This document shows positions 26,636 through 37,487 of a DNA stretch of 64,000 nt, piece by piece. Within the stretch, counting starts at the first letter, position 1; every line of letters starts with the position of its first letter. The position numbers and the translations under genes are program-made. The notes under the pieces were generated by a model, which had not been told where the DNA came from, did no database searches, and was given only the letters and a program-made list of their open reading frames with translations. This stretch comes from a virus (lineage: Duplodnaviria; Caudoviricetes), in the IMG/VR virus record IMGVR_UViG_3300039076_000082, positions 20,956 through 84,955 of that record. One strand, written 5' to 3'.

Positions 26636-27881
26636 TTAAAATTTCCTGTGTTCCATCAGAATAAGTAACTCTTGTTTGGTTTCTACTAGGAGAATATTCT
26701 TTAGATTTAATAGCTTTATTTGCTTTTTCCATGGGAGCTTGATTAGCTTTATAACCAGCTAAAGTTCCTCCGCTTTGTTCAAAATAATTAGCTTTTTGCG
26801 ACTTATCTACAGCTTTATTTTCAAGATCGTTTACAAGTCTATCTAGACGAGCTAAGTTATTTTCGGTAGAATCACCTTCATTCCAAGTATTTTGAATGAT
26901 TCTCTTACCTTCGTTTTCAGTAAACTGAGCACCTAAAATAGCTCTCAAACTATTCATTACAGTAGACTCAACATCAGCTCTAGCTCCAAGAACTTCTTTA
27001 GAGGTTATACGATCTGGAAATAGACCAGTTAACCCACCAGTAGATAGTTCTTTGTTTCTAAGCTTATCAGCAACACTTCTTAGTTTACTTATCTCACTTT
27101 GAGCTATTTTCTGTCCACCAGAAGTCCAATCTTGGTATTCTTTAGCTACTTGCTTATCTAGTTCTCGTTGACCTGCTGATTGTTTTTCTTTAGTATCTTT
27201 ACCTAATTTTAACATCTCTAGCTGAAGCATTTTATTTTTGTAATCTCTTTCAAAAGACCTATCTTGAGCTTGAAGTTTACGATTTTCTGCATCAATCTTA
27301 GCCTTTTCTTTATCGCTCATAAGCTGATATTGTTCCATAAGTGAAGCTAGTTTTTCTTTGTTATTACTAGAAACAGCTTGTGCTTGTTCAGATGCGAACT
27401 GAGCGGCTGGCATTTTAATATTAGTTGTACCGGCTCTATTAGCTAGACCTTCTCCTACTTGAGAAAAAGACTTCATTAATTGATTAGTTAATTCAGTTTG
27501 TGCATCTTTATTCCTAGCCTGATCTAAATCTGCTTTATTCTCCATACGAGCATTTTTAAGTTCTTCAGCTAGCTTGTCTCTAAAGTCAGGTTGAGTATCT
27601 GTACTCGGACGAACTGATGGAGCTTTTAAATTACTTATAGATTTTAAGATTTGCTGATACTTACTTACCGGACTTTCTTCAACAGGAGGTGTTTGTTGTT
27701 GAGGAGGAGTTACTACTTGAGCAACAGGTTCTTCTATTTGTTGGACCTGCTGAGGGTTTAGTAAACCTTCTAATTGTGGAATTTCCGATTGAGGAGCTAA
27801 AGGAATTTGTTGTTCTTCTGGGAATGTAAATCCCATCAAATCTTTTAGTTTTTTATCTAAAGGGTTCATTATACTTCCCAA
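26622..27881 (-). CDS. putative internal virion (ejection) protein
   Basis: 419 aa, Gln/Pro-rich then helical; position. Confidence 0.55.
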   Translation of the reverse strand: MGSIMNPLDKKLKDLMGFTFPEEQQIPLAPQSEIPQLEGLLNPQQVQQIEEPVAQVVTPPQQQTPPVEESPVSKYQQILKSISNLKAPSVRPSTDTQPDFRDKLAEELKNARMENKADLDQARNKDAQTELTNQLMKSFSQVGEGLANRAGTTNIKMPAAQFASEQAQAVSSNNKEKLASLMEQYQLMSDKEKAKIDAENRKLQAQDRSFERDYKNKMLQLEMLKLGKDTKEKQSAGQRELDKQVAKEYQDWTSGGQKIAQSEISKLRSVADKLRNKELSTGGLTGLFPDRITSKEVLGARADVESTVMNSLRAILGAQFTENEGKRIIQNTWNEGDSTENNLARLDRLVNDLENKAVDKSQKANYFEQSGGTLAGYKANQAPMEKANKAIKSKEYSPSRNQTRVTYSDGTQEILNGRQ

Positions 27882-28864
27882 GAGTAAGAATTATTATTAG
27901 TTTTCTTTTTATTAGCGTTAGGGTCTTGTTGGTTATTGTAATAATTACCTAATGCGCCAGCAGCATTTCCGACACCAGAAGCTATTTGACTATACATATT
28001 AGCCTTTCCTGCACCTGCTGTCAAGGCATTTTGTGCTTGATTACTAGCATAATTTGTATTCATACCAGCTTGAGCCGTTGCTCTATTTAAGCGATTAGTA
28101 TAATCTTGCTGTAATAATCCCTTGTTATACATTTGTTGTTCATTAGCATTACTAGATGTTTGATTAGCTAAATTTTGTCTACTTGTAGTATTATATTGGT
28201 TAGCTTGATTTCTAGTTGAAGCATTAAATCTTTGAATAGCGTCTTGAGCAGTAGCTACATCAGCGGCTCTATTATAGTCCAGATTTTCTAAATTACCTGC
28301 TTGACTAGCTAAAGCGTTCATAGCACTTAAACGGCTTGATTGAGCTTGTTTAGCAATGTTTCTAGCGGCATCTAATTGATTTTGATTAGCTTGTTGGTTT
28401 GATTGTAATTGAGACGCTAGTTGAGCACCTGAATCTAGTGTACCACGTTGAGCCATTTCGGATAAAATAGAAGCTCTACGAGATTTCTCATCTTGAGTAG
28501 CTTTTTCTTCAGCTTCATCTAAAGCAATTCTATCAACTGTTCCCAAACCTGTTTGTGATAATCCTTCCAGTTGAGCTAATACGTCCATTTGTTTTTGACG
28601 TAATTGAGGATTAGTAGCAATCTCTTTTAAAGCTGTTTCACCTTGTAACTCCGCAACTAAATCTCCAACGTATTCAGGATTAGTCAAAGCAATTTCTTGA
28701 GCTTCTATTGAAGGAATACCAATAGACTCTAAAAGAGCTTTATTTCTTTGATAATTCTGTTCTTGAATAGCGGCAGATTGAGCCGAAGCTTTTTCGGCAG
28801 CTTTACCTGCTAAAACTCCACCAATAATATTTGCACCAGCACCAGCTAGTAATCCGGGAACCAT
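27869..28864 (-). CDS. putative DNA pilot/ejection protein
   Basis: GLLAGAGANIIGG N-terminus; Ala/Gln/Asn-rich. Confidence 0.6.
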   Translation of the reverse strand: MVPGLLAGAGANIIGGVLAGKAAEKASAQSAAIQEQNYQRNKALLESIGIPSIEAQEIALTNPEYVGDLVAELQGETALKEIATNPQLRQKQMDVLAQLEGLSQTGLGTVDRIALDEAEEKATQDEKSRRASILSEMAQRGTLDSGAQLASQLQSNQQANQNQLDAARNIAKQAQSSRLSAMNALASQAGNLENLDYNRAADVATAQDAIQRFNASTRNQANQYNTTSRQNLANQTSSNANEQQMYNKGLLQQDYTNRLNRATAQAGMNTNYASNQAQNALTAGAGKANMYSQIASGVGNAAGALGNYYNNQQDPNANKKKTNNNSYSWEV

Positions 28865-28872
28865 CGTAACTC

Positions 28873-31503
28873 CTATAAGTTGGTTGTATCCAACATTCCT
28901 AATAATTTATATAATTCTAAATCTTGAGCGGTATTTTGATTTACACCTAATTGATTTTTTAATCCGCTAGTATTAATTTTATTACCAATATTCTGTTGCA
29001 GTTTAGTCAATGCATCTTGATAAGCAGCAAAATCGGCTCTACCTTGTGCTTCAGCACTAGAACCTCCAACAAAATTACCAACTAAATTAGCTAGAGCTAA
29101 CGGAGCTGTTACTGGGTTAGAGAACATAGCATAGTTTGTAGCGGCTTTTCCGACAGGACTAGATCCTAAAATATTTTGTAACATGCTAGTAGGTAATTCG
29201 GCAGTACCTTGAACTGTCCCTACTAAATCAGGATTAACGTATCCAGTACCAAAAGATTGTTGACCTTGTGCATTTTGTGCAACTTGTCTCAATAAATCTC
29301 GATTAACTCCTTCATCGGAGTACATATTTCTATAAGCATCATTTTCTGATAAAAGATCACCAAAGTTCTTTTCTAAAGTTTTCCAAGATTGTGCACGTTT
29401 TGTGCCAAATGCTCCACCCGAAGAACCTGTACCATATCCAGCACCAGTAATATTACTTGATGCAGCATCGGTCCTAAAACCTCTTTCTGCACCTTGAAGT
29501 TGATTTCTGAAGTTTTCCAAATCTAAAGCAGAAGTAGCGTCTTGAGTACCAGCCAAATCTCTATCAGTAAATTGATTTCTATAATCGATACCAGAACCAG
29601 TAGTCCCATATCCTTTAGCCAATTCAGCTATAGATTGCAAACGAGCTAATTGTGATTGTTCATCTTGTGAAATTAATCTATTTTTATCAGCAGTAGCAGT
29701 TTTAAGTAATCCTTCTACTCCTTGCTCTTTTAATAGATTATATAATCCTTCTCCACCTTTAACACCCAAAGCCTCCGCTTCTAGTTGAGATAGTCCTAGA
29801 TTAAAAGCATTTGGATCTATATCTTTTCCTGCTAAATAAGGTTCAGCCTTATTTATTACATCGGTAGCATTACCTACTGTATTTTTTAATCTTTCTCTTT
29901 CGTTTACTACACCACCAAGAGCATTCTGGATTTTCTGACCTAGTTCGTATTTTTCAGATGCACTCATATTCTGAAATGTTTGAATATTTAACGGAAGCAT
30001 TACACCTCCAGTTGTAGGGACGCCGACACCTAAGGATGAAGCGGAATCAAATATCTTTTGTAATACTTGAGGATCGAATTGCCCATAATCAGCACCACTA
30101 TATTGAGGATGAAATTTAGTAGCTATTTCTGAAACATAAGATACTTCTTCAGGATTGATATTTCCAATTGTTTTATTTAGTTCTGCAATTCTATTAGATG
30201 CACTACTTAAATCTTGAGTAGCTTTGTCGTACCCTCCAGAATAAGTATTAGCTATTTCATTGAATTTTTTATTCAAATCAACTTTAACCCCATAAGAGTC
30301 CAATTCTTGCTGAAATCTATCTCTGAAATATTGTGGGTATTTTTCCCAATTAGAAACAACTTCATTAATTCTGTCATTGACTTCTTTACTACGAGTATTT
30401 GCTGTAGCATTTAACTCTTGACGAGCGGTATTCTTAATATTCTCCATTTCCTTTGTTTGATTTTGTGCTAAAGTTCTAGCACCCTTACTAACATCAGAAA
30501 ATTCATCAGCTACTTTACCAGTAGCACTTTGACCTAAGTTTTTAGCAGTATCGGTCAATATTTTATTGGCATTTCCTTGACCTAATAATAACTCATCTAG
30601 CAGTTTATTACCAGTATTATATTCGGTATTAGGAGTAGCAAATGTTCTATTTAATAGTTCAGTTTTAGGACCAGCAGATAAAGCTTGCTTTTGTAATCCA
30701 GATAAATCTTGATATTGGTTGTAGGCTTGATTATACCCACCAATCTCACTTAATTCGTTAGGACCTTGATAACTAGCATTTAAAATATCGGATAATCTTT
30801 GATTAGATACCGATAAAGGATTCTGTTGCCCATAAGAATAGTAAGTAGGATTAGAAGCATTATAAGTATCAATAGCGTTCTGAGCTTCAGCTTGCGTATT
30901 GTACTCTTTAGTTGATCCGTCTCCAAAATTAACTCTAGCTTTATTAGCATCAATTAGAGCTTGGTCCTCAACACTATATGCACCTTGATCGTTTTTAGTC
31001 GGAGCATACATTGTAGCTTGAATACCATTTTGAGCTTTAGTTGTAGCCTTACCCGAAGCAGCTTCATTATAGGCGGTTTTAGCTTGATTTAAAGCGTTTC
31101 CGTAATCTTCTAAGCTTCCGGCTTGGACACCTTGTTGAAATTGATTTTGAACCCCTTGTAGGTTCTTTCTTGCAATATCGCTTGTAGTAGTTAAGGTATT
31201 GGAAACTCCTTTACCTAACTGCTCACTAGATTGTTTATTCTTATCTACATAAGTCTGAACATTAGTAAAGCTACCAGAAGAAGGAGCACTTGTTGTCTTT
31301 CTTGAGGTTTGAGAAGCGTATTTACCGTAAGGATTACCATCACTGACATAAGATGAAGAGGACCCACCACCGGAAGTGGTAGGTTGAGAAGGGGCTTGTT
31401 GAGGGGTAGATTCAGATTGAGTTTGTCCTACATTCTGTCCAGAAAGTACGTCAGTAGTATTCACCTGAGAAGATGTATTTGGATCTTGTGCGATGTATGC
31501 CAT
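28873..31503 (-). CDS. large putative internal virion protein
   Basis: 876 aa, low-complexity Q/S/T N-terminus; follows a late promoter motif. Confidence 0.55.
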   Translation of the reverse strand: MAYIAQDPNTSSQVNTTDVLSGQNVGQTQSESTPQQAPSQPTTSGGGSSSSYVSDGNPYGKYASQTSRKTTSAPSSGSFTNVQTYVDKNKQSSEQLGKGVSNTLTTTSDIARKNLQGVQNQFQQGVQAGSLEDYGNALNQAKTAYNEAASGKATTKAQNGIQATMYAPTKNDQGAYSVEDQALIDANKARVNFGDGSTKEYNTQAEAQNAIDTYNASNPTYYSYGQQNPLSVSNQRLSDILNASYQGPNELSEIGGYNQAYNQYQDLSGLQKQALSAGPKTELLNRTFATPNTEYNTGNKLLDELLLGQGNANKILTDTAKNLGQSATGKVADEFSDVSKGARTLAQNQTKEMENIKNTARQELNATANTRSKEVNDRINEVVSNWEKYPQYFRDRFQQELDSYGVKVDLNKKFNEIANTYSGGYDKATQDLSSASNRIAELNKTIGNINPEEVSYVSEIATKFHPQYSGADYGQFDPQVLQKIFDSASSLGVGVPTTGGVMLPLNIQTFQNMSASEKYELGQKIQNALGGVVNERERLKNTVGNATDVINKAEPYLAGKDIDPNAFNLGLSQLEAEALGVKGGEGLYNLLKEQGVEGLLKTATADKNRLISQDEQSQLARLQSIAELAKGYGTTGSGIDYRNQFTDRDLAGTQDATSALDLENFRNQLQGAERGFRTDAASSNITGAGYGTGSSGGAFGTKRAQSWKTLEKNFGDLLSENDAYRNMYSDEGVNRDLLRQVAQNAQGQQSFGTGYVNPDLVGTVQGTAELPTSMLQNILGSSPVGKAATNYAMFSNPVTAPLALANLVGNFVGGSSAEAQGRADFAAYQDALTKLQQNIGNKINTSGLKNQLGVNQNTAQDLELYKLLGMLDTTNL

Positions 31504-31524
31504 TTTTTAGGATATTCCTCTATA

Positions 31525-31543
31525 TATTATAGGTTAATTTTTT
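31525..31543 (-). promoter_or_regulatory. late promoter motif copy (AAAAAATTAACCTATAATA)
   Basis: 13-mer TTAACCTATAATA identical at 31525, 49469 and 57483, each upstream of a late gene block. Confidence 0.7.
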
Positions 31544-31545
31544 AT

Positions 31546-31959
31546 TTACAAAAACCACACAGTTAGAGTTAAATTTGCATTACCACCAATATTCAATACC
31601 TTAGAAACTCGAATAATTCCGTCACTTAACGGTGTATAAATTAAAAAGGGAGTTCCTGTAATATTAGGAATAGCACTACTATTATTAGTATCCCTTACAT
31701 CAATAACAATAAAACCATTAGGGAATCTACCCATATTTGGATTTATGTCAATAGGAGCTTTCAAATTACCGTTTATATCAGTTTTAACTACAATCTTAGT
31801 TAATCCCGATGCTAAATTATCAAACGTAATACCGCCGTTCAATATGTCAACAGTTCCAGCCATAAACGGATTGAGAATACGAGCTAACATGCTCATAGTC
31901 TCTTGCTGTTCAGCAGGTATTCCATCTAATTCAATTCTTTTAGGTAAAGGTAATCTCAT
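31546..31959 (-). CDS. virion structural protein (hypothetical)
   Basis: 137 aa directly after the nozzle gene. Confidence 0.6.
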   Translation of the reverse strand: MRLPLPKRIELDGIPAEQQETMSMLARILNPFMAGTVDILNGGITFDNLASGLTKIVVKTDINGNLKAPIDINPNMGRFPNGFIVIDVRDTNNSSAIPNITGTPFLIYTPLSDGIIRVSKVLNIGGNANLTLTVWFL

Positions 31960-31967
31960 ATAATATC

Positions 31968-34900
31968 CTATTTGTAAGCTTTAGCTGAGAACTGTCTTAC
32001 ATTGTGAGCTACACCAACAATTCTAAATACTCTTCTAGCTGTTGAATGGGTAATTCTTACTGTTATATAACGACAACGCTGTTTATTTCGAGGAATAATA
32101 ACTCTTCTAGGAGAATCTGAACCGTCTCCTCCCCAATAGTTTACGTTTTCAAATCCCCAAGTAGAAGAACCCCAAAAACCATCACCCTTCCCAAAGAACT
32201 CACTCCCTTCAAATGAAGGAGATAAGTCAGTTTTATATTCTAGTAACATCTTGAAAAAGTTGTTCTGGTCAAAAAGTAAATACCCTTGATTGATTTGCTT
32301 AAACGAACTAGCATCTCCGAAAGAAATAGGATTAGTTTGAATTATTGATTTAATTCTCTTATATACTCGTAAATTACCAATAACAAATTCAGTATCATCA
32401 AATAACTTGACTTCGCTAGTTATTGGATAAACTTCAATAACAACATGCTCATATTCAATAGTACCTTCAGAGTACTTATAATCCTTAAATGCGGTTACAG
32501 TAGTCAACATATTCAATTGGTCAATCAAGTCATTATATTGAACTTGCATATCTACCCAATCAGAATTATTGTAGACATGGGAAGTAATATTTCCACTAGT
32601 ATCCAACTCAACTAATTTATCGTTAACTGCTGTCAATAACGGTGCTAAACTTTGACCAGTAACGCAATTATAATCATTGTAGAAACTAGTAAAATTTAAT
32701 CCTGTATCAATATCTAATTTCTTTAGAAATCTATTATACTCATCAATATTTACATATTGTATTTGAGAAATAACATCACCTACTTCAATTTCAGTAATAT
32801 CCGATACGCGATATCTATTATAGTTAAAAGCATCTAGACCTAATTCAATATCAAAGTTCTTATCTGAAAAATCAGTTCTGTCTAAGTTCTTTCTTTCTTG
32901 CATTACGATAGGTCTATCACCATCTCCGATATACATTAAAGACGATCCAGTGTCAATGACCATTCCGCAAGTAGCGGTTTTAGTCCACCTTGTCCACATT
33001 CTTTCTAAAATATTATATCTATATGCTTCGGTACAAACTTCCACTTTAGAGCTTTCAGGGAGCCATAGTAAATAAGCCCTATCATCAGTATAAGATACTC
33101 CGAATCCTTGTCTTCTAACTAAACTTCTATATTTATTAGAAACTTGGAATTTATCTTCAATCATGCGAGAAATAATCATTGGAGTAGATTCATTAGCGGA
33201 GATAACTCCGTTATTAGCTAACATATAAATCTGATTATTAAGTACTACTGCTGAATCTGGACATAGAATCTTTTCAGTATCTAGCATTTCTACAGAAAAT
33301 GAAGCATTTCTTCCAGAGAGAATATATATTCCATCAGTCTTTAAGATAAACAAATAATCTTTCAAAGCTAAGATTCTTTCTATAGCTTCATCCTTTGTCC
33401 CTACATCGATATAGTTGATTCTAGGAACCGCTTCTGGTTGACTCAGTTTAGAAAAATATATACGATTAGGTGTAGTTAAGTTATCAGAAGATTCAAAAGG
33501 GAAGAAAAAATAAGTATTAGTATTAGCTACCGAAGAAGTAGCTACGCTTATTCTGAAAGTATTAGCATCAATTAAGTTAATTTTAAATACATTTTCTACC
33601 GAAGGAGTAGCGTCAGATAGACCAATAAATACCTCTTCATTATTGCTAAATCCATGGGTTGTATAGCCAATTTCTACAGTATTAGCATCAATTCTAGTTA
33701 CACTATCAAAAGCATTACTAGTAACTGTTGGTAGTTCTGGATTAAAGTTATCGCTCGGGATACCATCAACTACTGAATAAAACTTTTCACTAGAAGAATA
33801 TCTAGCCTTTAAGATATATTTACCCGGTAAATCGTTTACACCAGATAGATAATATCCATTAGTATGACCATTTGGATCAGCGTTAATTACATTAATTAGC
33901 GATCTTATAGTTCTTTCAATTTTCAATCCAACTGAAGCAGATTTTGAAATAAGAGCTATACCGTTAATAAGGTCCTCTCCTAAGCCACTTTCAGTTCTAG
34001 TTAAAGTCCATCCTGCTCCAAAATCAGTCGCTATACCATTAGGAGTAGAAGCTGGAGTATTTGGTCCATTTTCAGAGTTATCAATTACGTTTACTACTAC
34101 ATCGAAATCATTCAATAAAGCAATAGCTGAGAAGAATTTGTCTCCATAGTTTAAATCTGAAGGCTCAATTTGTACTTTTACAGGTATAAATCCGATATCA
34201 GTAGGAGTAGTAGCTGTCCCATCATCAAAATAAACTACATATTTAGTTTCATCATTAGCTGAGTATAAACGTAACTTAGCGTCAGGCTCACTGAGACTAT
34301 GAATTTTAGGATAAGAACCAACAACAATAGTTTCTTTAGAAGAAGTCCCCCTAAAGCCATAGCTATTGACTACGGAACTACCTTGTTTGTAAATGTTATA
34401 TTTTGAAGAACTATCGATCCCATCAATAGATACTGCTGTAACTGTTTGTTGATGATTTATTTTAGTATTTCCGTAAAACGTATAACCTTGATAGTTACAA
34501 ATATCTTTAGCTACAGGTGGGATATCGTTAGACTGAAGAATACCTTCTCCTGAGATAGGATTGTTGTATAAAGCTTCTCCGGAGTTTCTAAATGTTTCAT
34601 TTGTAATATCGGTTACTGTAATTTTTGTACCCGGTGCAACAGTAACAGGACCTTCGTAAACCAAATTACACTCTTCACCCGGATCAATATCAGCTAATGT
34701 TAACCCTTCAGTAACAGTAATTGTAGGCGTTCTATAAATTCTGTAAAAGAATGTGCTATCTATTCCGTTAGGAACAGTAAACGTAACGTCAACATTTGCG
34801 TTTTGTCCTTCAGTAACTTCACCTTGATTAAGTACAGTTACTTCCATTGTAGAAGTTGACAAATCGCCTTGCTCAACGTCTTCAATATTACCACCAGTAA

Positions 34901-36215
34901 TATCAGTTAAAGATATAATAGGATTTGCACCAGAAGTATTAAGTTCTACTGTGTAAAACCCTGCTAATGTAGATCTTAATCGTTGACTTGCTATATTAGA
35001 TACATAAGCCTTACTTGACTCGTTACCAATTTGGATACCAATAAAAGTAAATCCTAGCAAAGAAGGATCGTCAGGAATTTCAGTAATAGTTCTAGCATTA
35101 CCAAAATAGAAACAGTAATCAGTTTCATTCGTATGGACAATAAAGTATTTTTGAATATATAAAGAATCGGTTCCAGTAGTTATAGTCGTATTCGACCATC
35201 CAGCGCCAATATCTACAGCTAAACTACCAGTAGGAGAAGTTGCTCCACTAGAAACGCCTTCTTCTGTATTTGTAATAGTTAAAGTAGTACCATTCAGCGC
35301 TACAGAAATATTTACCATATCAGCGCCTATCATGGCTTCATATAATACTGGTGCTACATTTTCATGGTTAGCTAGCCCTGAGATATCGACTCTTACATTA
35401 GTAAATCCTACTAAAGCTGGAGCTACCCCTGTTCCGTTATCGAACCAATAAGCGTATTTGTCAACATCATTAGCATTATATACTAATAATATAGAGTCTG
35501 GATTAGTACCATTAGTTTCAAAAGTTAAATCTTTTCTAGCACACACTACATTAGTAACGTGAGCGATAAAATCTTCATCAACTTTGAAAGTTAAATTTGT
35601 TTTTTCATAAGTAAAAATATCTTGGGAAGTATTAGTTACAACAAAACGAGATGTAGGTGTACCTAATAGTAGATTATTATTTCTATCTTTTTTCCCAAAT
35701 AATACTTTATAAGCTACTTTTGAAAGTGGAGGTAAGTACCCATTTGAAGTATATACGGTCTTTCCTGATACATCAATAGCTTCCGGTACTCCAGCATTTT
35801 GAATATACCCTACTTCAGTAGAAAAATCTTCAGCCGTCAATGCTGAAATTTTCTTTATACCGTCAGAAGTAGTAAAATATAGGTTACTATTTGCTTCAAG
35901 ATATTTAATCCTAATGTCAGGATCAACTTCAAAATATGAACCGTCAAATTGATTAAAAGTATTATTGGCATAATACTCCAACATTCCATTAACTCTATGA
36001 CGAATTGGAATATCTTTGTATTGTATTAATTGTCTAATACGTTCAGTAGACGATGGAACTAGGTCAGCAAAATCGTTAAACCCTCTTCTCTGAGTAATTA
36101 CATTTGGCTCATCAATGTTGATATTATCACCAACGTAAATAGAACCTTCCGGTTGAACAATTTCATTACCGTAAGTATATAGACCTTTCAATCTGATTGT
36201 ATTAGAAAGACTCAT
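31968..36215 (-). CDS. tail nozzle/tubular protein B (P22 gp10-like), 1415 aa
   Basis: Beta-rich; NRIYFSK...P signature and C-terminal RCRYI.VRI segment; follows adaptor. Confidence 0.7.
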   Translation of the reverse strand: MSLSNTIRLKGLYTYGNEIVQPEGSIYVGDNINIDEPNVITQRRGFNDFADLVPSSTERIRQLIQYKDIPIRHRVNGMLEYYANNTFNQFDGSYFEVDPDIRIKYLEANSNLYFTTSDGIKKISALTAEDFSTEVGYIQNAGVPEAIDVSGKTVYTSNGYLPPLSKVAYKVLFGKKDRNNNLLLGTPTSRFVVTNTSQDIFTYEKTNLTFKVDEDFIAHVTNVVCARKDLTFETNGTNPDSILLVYNANDVDKYAYWFDNGTGVAPALVGFTNVRVDISGLANHENVAPVLYEAMIGADMVNISVALNGTTLTITNTEEGVSSGATSPTGSLAVDIGAGWSNTTITTGTDSLYIQKYFIVHTNETDYCFYFGNARTITEIPDDPSLLGFTFIGIQIGNESSKAYVSNIASQRLRSTLAGFYTVELNTSGANPIISLTDITGGNIEDVEQGDLSTSTMEVTVLNQGEVTEGQNANVDVTFTVPNGIDSTFFYRIYRTPTITVTEGLTLADIDPGEECNLVYEGPVTVAPGTKITVTDITNETFRNSGEALYNNPISGEGILQSNDIPPVAKDICNYQGYTFYGNTKINHQQTVTAVSIDGIDSSSKYNIYKQGSSVVNSYGFRGTSSKETIVVGSYPKIHSLSEPDAKLRLYSANDETKYVVYFDDGTATTPTDIGFIPVKVQIEPSDLNYGDKFFSAIALLNDFDVVVNVIDNSENGPNTPASTPNGIATDFGAGWTLTRTESGLGEDLINGIALISKSASVGLKIERTIRSLINVINADPNGHTNGYYLSGVNDLPGKYILKARYSSSEKFYSVVDGIPSDNFNPELPTVTSNAFDSVTRIDANTVEIGYTTHGFSNNEEVFIGLSDATPSVENVFKINLIDANTFRISVATSSVANTNTYFFFPFESSDNLTTPNRIYFSKLSQPEAVPRINYIDVGTKDEAIERILALKDYLFILKTDGIYILSGRNASFSVEMLDTEKILCPDSAVVLNNQIYMLANNGVISANESTPMIISRMIEDKFQVSNKYRSLVRRQGFGVSYTDDRAYLLWLPESSKVEVCTEAYRYNILERMWTRWTKTATCGMVIDTGSSLMYIGDGDRPIVMQERKNLDRTDFSDKNFDIELGLDAFNYNRYRVSDITEIEVGDVISQIQYVNIDEYNRFLKKLDIDTGLNFTSFYNDYNCVTGQSLAPLLTAVNDKLVELDTSGNITSHVYNNSDWVDMQVQYNDLIDQLNMLTTVTAFKDYKYSEGTIEYEHVVIEVYPITSEVKLFDDTEFVIGNLRVYKRIKSIIQTNPISFGDASSFKQINQGYLLFDQNNFFKMLLEYKTDLSPSFEGSEFFGKGDGFWGSSTWGFENVNYWGGDGSDSPRRVIIPRNKQRCRYITVRITHSTARRVFRIVGVAHNVRQFSAKAYK

Positions 36216-37171
36216 TAAAAATTACCTCTTCTGCGACGAAAGTATCCGTTGTTTTTAGAAAGAAACCCATGACGATTTTTTATCTTTCTAGGAGAACCTT
36301 CAACTCTATCATCCAATAGCTTCTGAACAGACATTTCCATCTGCTTTAACTTACCTCTAGCTAGATTTAAGTTTTCAGCATCCCCCATTGCTTCTAAAAT
36401 ATAGACAGCAGCTCTTTGAGCTAAGACAGGATGAAGTTCTGTTGGAACATTTGGATAAGGACTTGTTTCAGGGAAACAAACCCAATCACCTTGTGTCAAT
36501 CTTACCGGAATAGATGAAGGATCGACTGTTATAGTTCTAGTAGATATACTAACACTTTGTACGGAAATGTCAAATGCTAATATCTTATTTGGCGTTTTAT
36601 TTTGAACAAAGTCTAACTCAGCCAATGAAGTAAAGTTCTGAGGTATAGAATTAAATTGAATTATCCCAGTATTTCTATCAATAGACGCAATTTGCGCACA
36701 AGTATCCTCTTTAACTATTACATTTGGACGTAAGTAATAGTACATTCTCACATTACCGCCCATAGAAGCATTAGGTAAAATTACAATTTCGTCACCTTCT
36801 ACATAAAATAAACGACTTGATCCATAATTACCGTAAATATTTCTATAATCGGATAATTCTTCTAAGTTAGTTCTACTCATCTCATAAACTACGTTTCCTG
36901 AAATAAGAGAAATATCACGAAGTTTTGTACCTACCGCTCTAGAAGGAATAACCATTCTAACAGGATCACCTGTGATAGTATTAGGTCTATCTGTATAAGT
37001 AACTAGATGTTCTTCATTTAAAGTTAATAACGTATCCAAAAGTCCTACGTCAATCTCTTCGTTAAGAATTTCCAATATAGCATCGTCATTGTAAACGCTA
37101 GAATCATCAGGAATCATTGCTCGATTTCTTACCGACTCAATAAGTTTAGTTGCTATTAAATTTCTTGCCAT
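36215..37171 (-). CDS. head-tail adaptor/tubular protein A
   Basis: LI..VR.R...D...L..LN N-terminus; P.ELHPVLA..AA...L C-terminus; position. Confidence 0.65.
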   Translation of the reverse strand: MARNLIATKLIESVRNRAMIPDDSSVYNDDAILEILNEEIDVGLLDTLLTLNEEHLVTYTDRPNTITGDPVRMVIPSRAVGTKLRDISLISGNVVYEMSRTNLEELSDYRNIYGNYGSSRLFYVEGDEIVILPNASMGGNVRMYYYLRPNVIVKEDTCAQIASIDRNTGIIQFNSIPQNFTSLAELDFVQNKTPNKILAFDISVQSVSISTRTITVDPSSIPVRLTQGDWVCFPETSPYPNVPTELHPVLAQRAAVYILEAMGDAENLNLARGKLKQMEMSVQKLLDDRVEGSPRKIKNRHGFLSKNNGYFRRRRGNF

Positions 37172-37181
37172 TATAGGCTCC

Positions 37182-37487
37182 TTAGTATTCTGACTCTTCG
37201 TCTCTCATTTTCTTAATGCAATCGATTAACTCTTCTCTACTCATCATAGCTAGAGCTTCGTCGCTGTAGTCTTTTTCTTCAGACTCACCTTCCATTTCCA
37301 TATCTTCTGACTCGGATTCCATTTCTCCACCAAGTTTAGATTCCATAATATCTTCAGCTTTTTCTAAGCCTTCCATCAGCCCTTCTTCACTATCAGCCAT
37401 TACTGATACTTTTTTAACTGGAACTTCGTCACCTACTGTTCTTAAATTTTTCCTAAGTGAAGCAAGTGCGTTTTTTCTCATATTCAT
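37182..37487 (-). CDS. acidic hypothetical protein
   Basis: 101 aa, Glu/Met-rich. Confidence 0.7.
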   Translation of the reverse strand: MNMRKNALASLRKNLRTVGDEVPVKKVSVMADSEEGLMEGLEKAEDIMESKLGGEMESESEDMEMEGESEEKDYSDEALAMMSREELIDCIKKMRDEESEY

